Assembly: GCA_013239625.1 (NCBI GenBank)
Contig: PNXV01000813.1
Span: 1-39,485, forward strand
Origin: Lama guanicoe
Taxonomy: Eukaryota
Direction of reading: 5' to 3'
DNA length: 39,485 nucleotides
This document shows positions 33,763 through 39,485 of this stretch, piece by piece. The notes beneath the pieces were generated by a model, which made no database searches, was not told where the DNA came from, and saw only the letters and a list, made by a program, of their open reading frames with translations. Each line of letters starts with the position of its first letter. The first letter of the stretch is position 1. Position numbers and translations under genes: made by a program.

Positions 33763-33917
33763 CTGGGGGTGGAAGAAGCAAGCTTGGCGATGGCCTCACT
33801 TTCAGTGTGGCCCTTCCCTCTGCCCCAAGGAGGCAGAATTCCCTGTTATGTCCTTTTTGATGGACAGGAAGGTTGGCATGGTGACCCTGTGACCTGCAGC
33901 TCTGCTCAGCGTCTTAC
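33763..33917 (-). other. Candidate 155-nt 5'UTR intron, implying an upstream non-coding exon ending at 33918
   Basis: Minus-strand donor CAG|gtaaga at 33917 and acceptor tgcttcttccacccccag| at 33763-33765, 129 nt upstream of the ATG. Confidence 0.45.
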
Positions 33918-34217
33918 CTGTTGACAATCCTGGGGAGCGTGAAAGGATCGTTGGAGGGGTGGGAGGACGAGGCCTCTGTCTATTCCTCATCCCAAACCCT
34001 CTCAGGTGGCCCTCAAACCCTGGAGAGACCCTGCCTTTTTGCCAACTGAAAGAGGGCAGCTGAGGTGGCTTAGATGAGGATGTCACTGTTGGGGAGGATG
34101 TCAAGGAACTGGGAGTCTAGAGTGTTGCAGTGGTCATCGGTGTGACCCAGTGCACGGAAGGCTCTAGAAAAGAAAGCAGGTCCTGCAAGGATGTCAAAGT
34201 CCGTTGTGAATGAGAGA

Positions 34218-34295
34218 CACGCCAGTTACCCTCTGCTGTGTAACAGACCACTCCAAGCTGAACGGCAACAAAAGAATCGTTTTATTATGCTCCCC
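34218..34295. mobile_element. MLT1-type LTR fragment
   Basis: cagttaccctctgctgtgtaacagaccactccaagctg...tttattatgctc; approximate. Confidence 0.5.
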
Positions 34296-34539
34296 TGAGT
34301 CAAAGTGATTCAAAAACTCAGACTGTGGGTGTAAGAAGTTTTTAGGAATATCTTAACCCATTTATTTTGTTTAATTTTCTTCATTTTTGTATGCACAAGA
34401 GTGATACTTGCTAAAAATTCTTGTCTAGTAAGTCCAAAATAGACCTTTTAAATATATTCCAAAATTACAAGTGATAAAAAATACTGCGTTAGCAGTTTTT
34501 TGGGGGGAGTGATATTTAAAATAATGGAATATCTTCAAT

Positions 34540-35460
34540 AAAGGATATTTTGGAATTGAGAAATATGGTGCATTTCTCCCAATAGCCTATTAGGTTTTCC
34601 TGACTTCACATCCTTCATGACACTTGGTATTGTCATATTTTTATATATTTTCCTGTGATTTGATGTCTCATTTTTAAAATAAAGTTTCTAAACTGTTTAT
34701 TGGCAATGTGAAAAAATGTATTTATTTATTGATATATTCACTCAACTGGCTAAGCTCTCTTATTCTAAAAATTGATCTGTAGAATCCTTTAGGTTTCCAT
34801 AAAAATAAAAAACAAAAGCCCCAAAGCATTGTGCTGACTAGCTCTCCAATGAAATGTTGACTGGGATGTTTGATGAAGGCATTCTTGATTTTAAAGCGAA
34901 CACTCCCTACATGTAACCATTAAGAATAATACTTATCGAAGGCTTTGTTAATAAATCCTTTATCTAGATTAGAATGTTTCCCTACTGTTTGTGGTTTTCT
35001 ACAAATTATGAATGAATGTTGAATTTATCTAAATTCTTTTTCTGAATATATTGTGAGGATATATATTTTTCTCCATGACTCCAATTTTTAATATGGTTAA
35101 TTGAAGGAATGCATGTAAAATCAATTATACATTTTTATAAATAAATACAATTGACCACAATAATTTTTTTCTAACACTGCTGGATTGAGCTTACTATTAG
35201 TTCAGCATTGTTTTACCAATAATCATGAGAGAGGCTCTCCTGTAATTTTTTATTTTTGTGCTGTCCTTCTCTGATTTTGATATTAGGTAAAACCAGCCTT
35301 ATAAGATGAATTCAGGAGTGTTTTACTTTCGTTTGGAAAGACTTTGAACATAGTCACATTAATCGGCTCCTTGAGTATTTGGCATGGTAACATCTGTGCC
35401 TGGTGTTTTCTTTGTGGGAAATCTTGAACTACTGACATAATTTATTTAATATTTACTGAA
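34540..35460 (-). mobile_element. Ancient L1ME-like ORF2 remnant (antisense, AT-rich)
   Basis: ctagctctccaatgaaatgttga...cttgattttaaagcgaac...atgaatgaatgttgaatttatc...ctgctggattgagcttac; approximate. Confidence 0.7.
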
Positions 35461-36199
35461 TATTATGCCCTTAATTGTGCACCCCCATTCATAATTTGAA
35501 ATCTCAGCCGGTAATGTGACTCTATTGGAAATAGGGTGTTGAGGCAAGTGGAGGACAGCGAAGGTCCTTGAACCCTGGATTGGAAAAAAAGAACAAGGGC
35601 TGCACAGATCCACTTGCTCCTAGAACCACTGGTGTCTGCGGAAGGAGAAAGATGAGGGAGCAGCTCTGCTTTGCCCCGCGATCGTCTGGACAGAGAACCA
35701 TCCTTCAGTTGCAAAGGGCATTGGTAGGTCCATGTAGGACGGGGGGCAGAGGCAGCACTGAGCGGCTGTGCACGTGGTCTCCTGACCCAGAGCTCACTCT
35801 CCAGAGACGACCTCACACATCTGCAGTGGTCCAGTGAGAGGAGTGGGGATCACGACACAGGTGCATGTAGCCTGGAGCTGGATGAGACTCCAAGTCTGAC
35901 TTTGACCCTGGGAAAGAGCCTGCCAGCCTTCGAGAAGAGGGCGTGAGCGTTAGGAGCTGGCAGGGACTTCCCAGGAACAAGCCACGTCAGATTCACATCA
36001 TTTTCCCCTTGAGAGACGTTGCTGTGACGATTGTCGCAGACTGAGAGGACCAAGGTTAGATGGGGCCCCAGCTGGAGTTTGGGAAGACATACTTTGCACT
36101 TGCTTCAGTGACCTGACCCAGCAGCGCTGGTGCCTGTGAGAGTGGTGACCCTCAGGGATACCATATGTATCTTCCATTAGGTCAACAGAATCTAGAATG

Positions 36200-36330
36200 C
36201 AGAGTCTGTTGTTTACAAATGTCAAAGACCAAAAAAACTGAGGCTGGACAGGTGAACTGACTTTTCTAAGATCACACAGCTGAGAGCAGCAGAGCCCAAC
36301 AAAAACGTAGGCTTTGGTCATACTGCCAGG
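36200..36330 (-). mobile_element. MIR SINE
   Basis: aaaactgaggctggacaggtgaactgacttttctaagatcacacagctgagagcagcagagcc. Confidence 0.7.
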
Positions 36331-38484
36331 GGCCACAACATGCACTGGGACAACGTCCCAGACCACGGCCCCAGCCTCTGGCCTAGCTGCTCCCACGGGG
36401 TGGGGGCGGGGCGTTTGGAGCTGCTGCCACCCCTCCCCCATTTCCTGGAGAACCGGCTGGGGTTGGAGAGGGTGGGGGTGAGAGGGCAGCTCACATTGCA
36501 GGCCCAGCCGCACCTGTCCAGGATAAATAAAGGCATTTCCCCTCCACCCTCTGAGTCTCTCCTGAACCCACTTCTCTGTGGGTCCTTAGGCTGAGACCCA
36601 CCGAAGGGAGGACCTGAGGGGCTGCTACTGCTCAAGGGTTGTTGCTGTGGGGCTGGTGGGCGGGGTAGGGTGGGTCTGGGAGTCACTACCCAGACTGCAG
36701 GTGGCCGGCCTCCTCACAGGGGGAGCTGCAGCCCAGTGCCTGCAGCGGACAGGGGACGGGCCCCACTCCATGCTTTTCTACCAATCCCTCACCAGAGGCA
36801 TGGGAGTTAGGGGTTACCGAGGACTCAGGAGTTCGTGAGCAAGTTTGAATCTCAGTTTGCCCGGCTCTGAAGTGAGAAGCCAGTCCCAGCCCTGCCTGCC
36901 TGAACTCCACGCTCAGGCTCACAGTGCATATGCCCGGGGATGCCAGCCCCTGCTGAGAAGGAGCAGGCCCTGCCTTTGCCAGTCCCCCCACCGCAATTCG
37001 CCACTTCCCTGTTGCAAAGGCTCAGGCCAGGACGCCTGAGAATCTATCGGCCCACTGTGAACAGCGGGTCATAGCTGCGGTGGAAATAGGCTTCCTCCAG
37101 AGAGCTCTGCATCCTCTTAGGGAAGAAGTTCCTGATGCAGAAGGACTTGATCACCCCAGCAGGAAACCCCACAGCCCAGCTGGGAGGGCAGGGCTGAGTG
37201 TCCGGAGGGCTGCCTGGCCAGCATCCCTGAGCCTGGGATGCCCGAGTCCAGGGTGTCAGTGGCCCACCAGAGGACTTATCAAGAGGCTCCAAGCCCTGGG
37301 AAGGGCCCAGCACCCAGTCCAGCTTGTTCCATGGCCTTGGTGCTTCGGGGCGTGCCCCTGAAGGGAGCTGAGAGGCCATTATGCCCACCCCCTGATGCAC
37401 GGCCTGAGCTTTGGGTTCTATTTTTAAAAGTCCCCCCTAGTCATTGGCTCTAGCACAACCCAATATACCCCCTGCCCGCAGTGAGGGCATTCTTCCTGCT
37501 GTCTAGCTTAAGGCCTCTGTGCTGCAATTTAAGCCCTGGGCTGGCTGGGGCCAGGTGGCGCATAGACCCTGGATGAGGTAATTGGCTATCCTGGGTGCCA
37601 CTGGGCCAGGGGGCTAATTTCCACTCGCAGGGATGGGGCAGGGAGCAGCAGAAGGAGGTCCTGAGGGCAGTGGGGCTGGGGGAGATCTGGGCTGCGTCCT
37701 GGGCGTAGAAGGCTGGTGGACCCAGGAGAGTGAGGATGGATGGTCCTGCCTAATGCAGGAAGAAGACCTGCAACCTCGGGCCTGGGGAGCTATGGAAGAT
37801 CCTGGGGCTGGGGTTCGAGCGTGTCCACTGGGGCTCACTGCCCATGTGTCACCGTGTCATCAGATGGAGTATGTGAGGCTCTGGGTGTCTTTTTAGTATC
37901 TGGGACCCTGTGTCCAGGGCAGTGGGTCTGGTTCTCGGGGTAGAATGAGGCAGACTTGCAGCAGGAGGGTGGAGGACAAGGCGTTTCCCTGCGCTAGAGC
38001 TAGGCCAGCGCCCGTCTCAGAGGAGTGTGGCCCCTGTGGCTGTTGTGGGGCTCCCACAGCACCTCTGAGGGGGGCGTTCCTTCTGAAGTTCCCCCCAGTG
38101 TCCACATCAGGTTCCCCAGCCAGGACTGTGCCTCCAGGGGGGGCACTGTCTCCCTGCCCCTCTACCAAGCACCCTTCAGGCCTTGCCTGGCTTGCCCACC
38201 TGTGCCTCCCCACCACCCTCGCCACCCCACCCCCAGGCCCAAGGCAAGTCTCCGCTGTCTCCCTGCATCCAGGTGGGCAGAGGCCCAGATACCCCCGCCT
38301 ATCCATCACCCTCCAGTGACAGCCCCGGGCCTCAGCCTGCCCCCTCGTGCCCGCACCAGCCCTGCCGGAGCTCAGCCTCAGCCTCACCCCACCAGGCAGG
38401 GATCGTCTTTGCCCTGGAACATTTCAGTCTGTCCTGAGCCTTGGGGCCTTCAGCCCTGCCTCTGCTGGACTTATGGAAAAGTCC

Positions 38485-38582
38485 TTTTACTTAACAAGTG
38501 TTGCCTGAGCACCTACTGTATCTTAGGTACTGATCTGGGTGCCAGGGACACAGCAGTGGTTAAAACAAAGTCCCTTCTCACA
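38485..38582 (-). mobile_element. L2 3' end fragment
   Basis: ttaacaagtgttgcctgagcacctactgtatcttaggtactgatctgggtgccagggacacagcagtggttaaaacaaagtccct. Confidence 0.72.
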
Positions 38583-39485
38583 GACAGCTTCTTCTCGAGC
38601 AGCTTCTAGCTTCTCTGGACTTCGGTGTCACCAGTTGGGCAAGGGAGTTACTCAGACAGTCACCAAAGATCTGTGACATCCCCATCAGACAGTGCTACTC
38701 CCTGATCACAGACACTGCAGGACTCATGGCCCTTTCAGGTGAGCATGGGGAACAAGACATGAGACAGGCAGGAGGGCAGCTGCAAGTGAGTGGCCAGGGC
38801 TCAGGCAGGTGAGGAAGGCCCAGCCCCATGAAGGCAGCCAGTGTGAGGCCCAGGGAGGCAGAGCGAGACGGAGGCTGTTAGCTGAGATCTGGGAAGGAGT
38901 GGGTGCTGGAGACCAGTTTCCAGTGCAGCCTAGCTCCCAGCCCCGACAGCAGGGCAGCCAAGGTCAGTGGTCTGTCCATCTAACTATCCACCTGCCTGCC
39001 ACCTGCCCTCTAGGAGTGCTGTCTCCCAAAAGCAGCTGTCAACTCCCAGGGAGATACTCCAGGCTTGGGGATACCCTGAGCCCAACCTCCCAGGGTAGGG
39101 CTTAGAAAGGAAGGCACTGTACTTTCTGCCCACCTGCCTGCCTGGCCTTTCCTCCTCTGCTCAAAACACCAGCCGCTTCTCCATTTCACATTCTAATAGG
39201 CCAGCCAGCTCAGATGGGCAACTGCTGTGGCCCAAACCAGGGGCCTGTGGCTAACAGTATCTAGTTGGGTCTAGTTCCAGCCCGTAGACCAGGAAAGCGT
39301 GCTCATCTTTCCAAGAACCTCAGGGAGGATGGATGGACAGACGCACACACCCTTCTCCCAGCATACCCCGCCCCCGTGGGTACCAGGCTGTGGGCAATAT
39401 ACAGGTTAGTGATAATGCTCTCGCCTCCCTGCTCTTCTCTCCTTGCTCCCTCCACCCTCTGAAGAGCCTAGACTCTGCCCAGCCC

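Noticed and set aside
35460..39485. Neighbouring gene or second ANTXRL paralogue upstream
   Set aside because: No family motifs or coherent exon chain seen; only GC-rich chance ORFs and MIR/L2 remnants.

Overview
Mammalian genomic DNA, very probably camelid: a Vic-1-type tRNA-derived SINE lies at 17574-17696, and MIR, L2, MLT1 and L1 repeats are present. One spliced gene on the minus strand dominates the window. It is an anthrax toxin receptor-like (ANTXRL-family) locus running from an ATG at 33633 to a TAG at 4062, with a probable poly(A) signal at 3319-3324. I reconstructed 15 coding exons by eye plus one candidate 17-nt mini-exon. The ectodomain half (signal peptide, vWA, Ig-like) is disabled. 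Exon 1 has two in-frame TAGs and a damaged 3' end, exon 4 is not recognisable, the MIDAS residues are lost, exon 8 is frameshifted, exon 10 has a TAA, the exon 11 donor is broken and exon 12 lacks 2 nt. Exons 13-17 (Pro-rich stalk, TM helix, Cys-rich cytoplasmic tail) are all open with canonical splice sites. The best reading is an unprocessed pseudogene or divergent paralogue with strikingly one-sided decay. The window also holds two recent tandem duplications (183 bp and 85 bp), a composite L1 lacking its RT core, and microsatellites. Almost all ORFs in the supplied track are chance ORFs in GC-rich DNA. No prokaryotic-type system (CRISPR, operon, IS) is present. Comparisons with human ANTXRL/ANTXR1 are from memory and need alignment to confirm.
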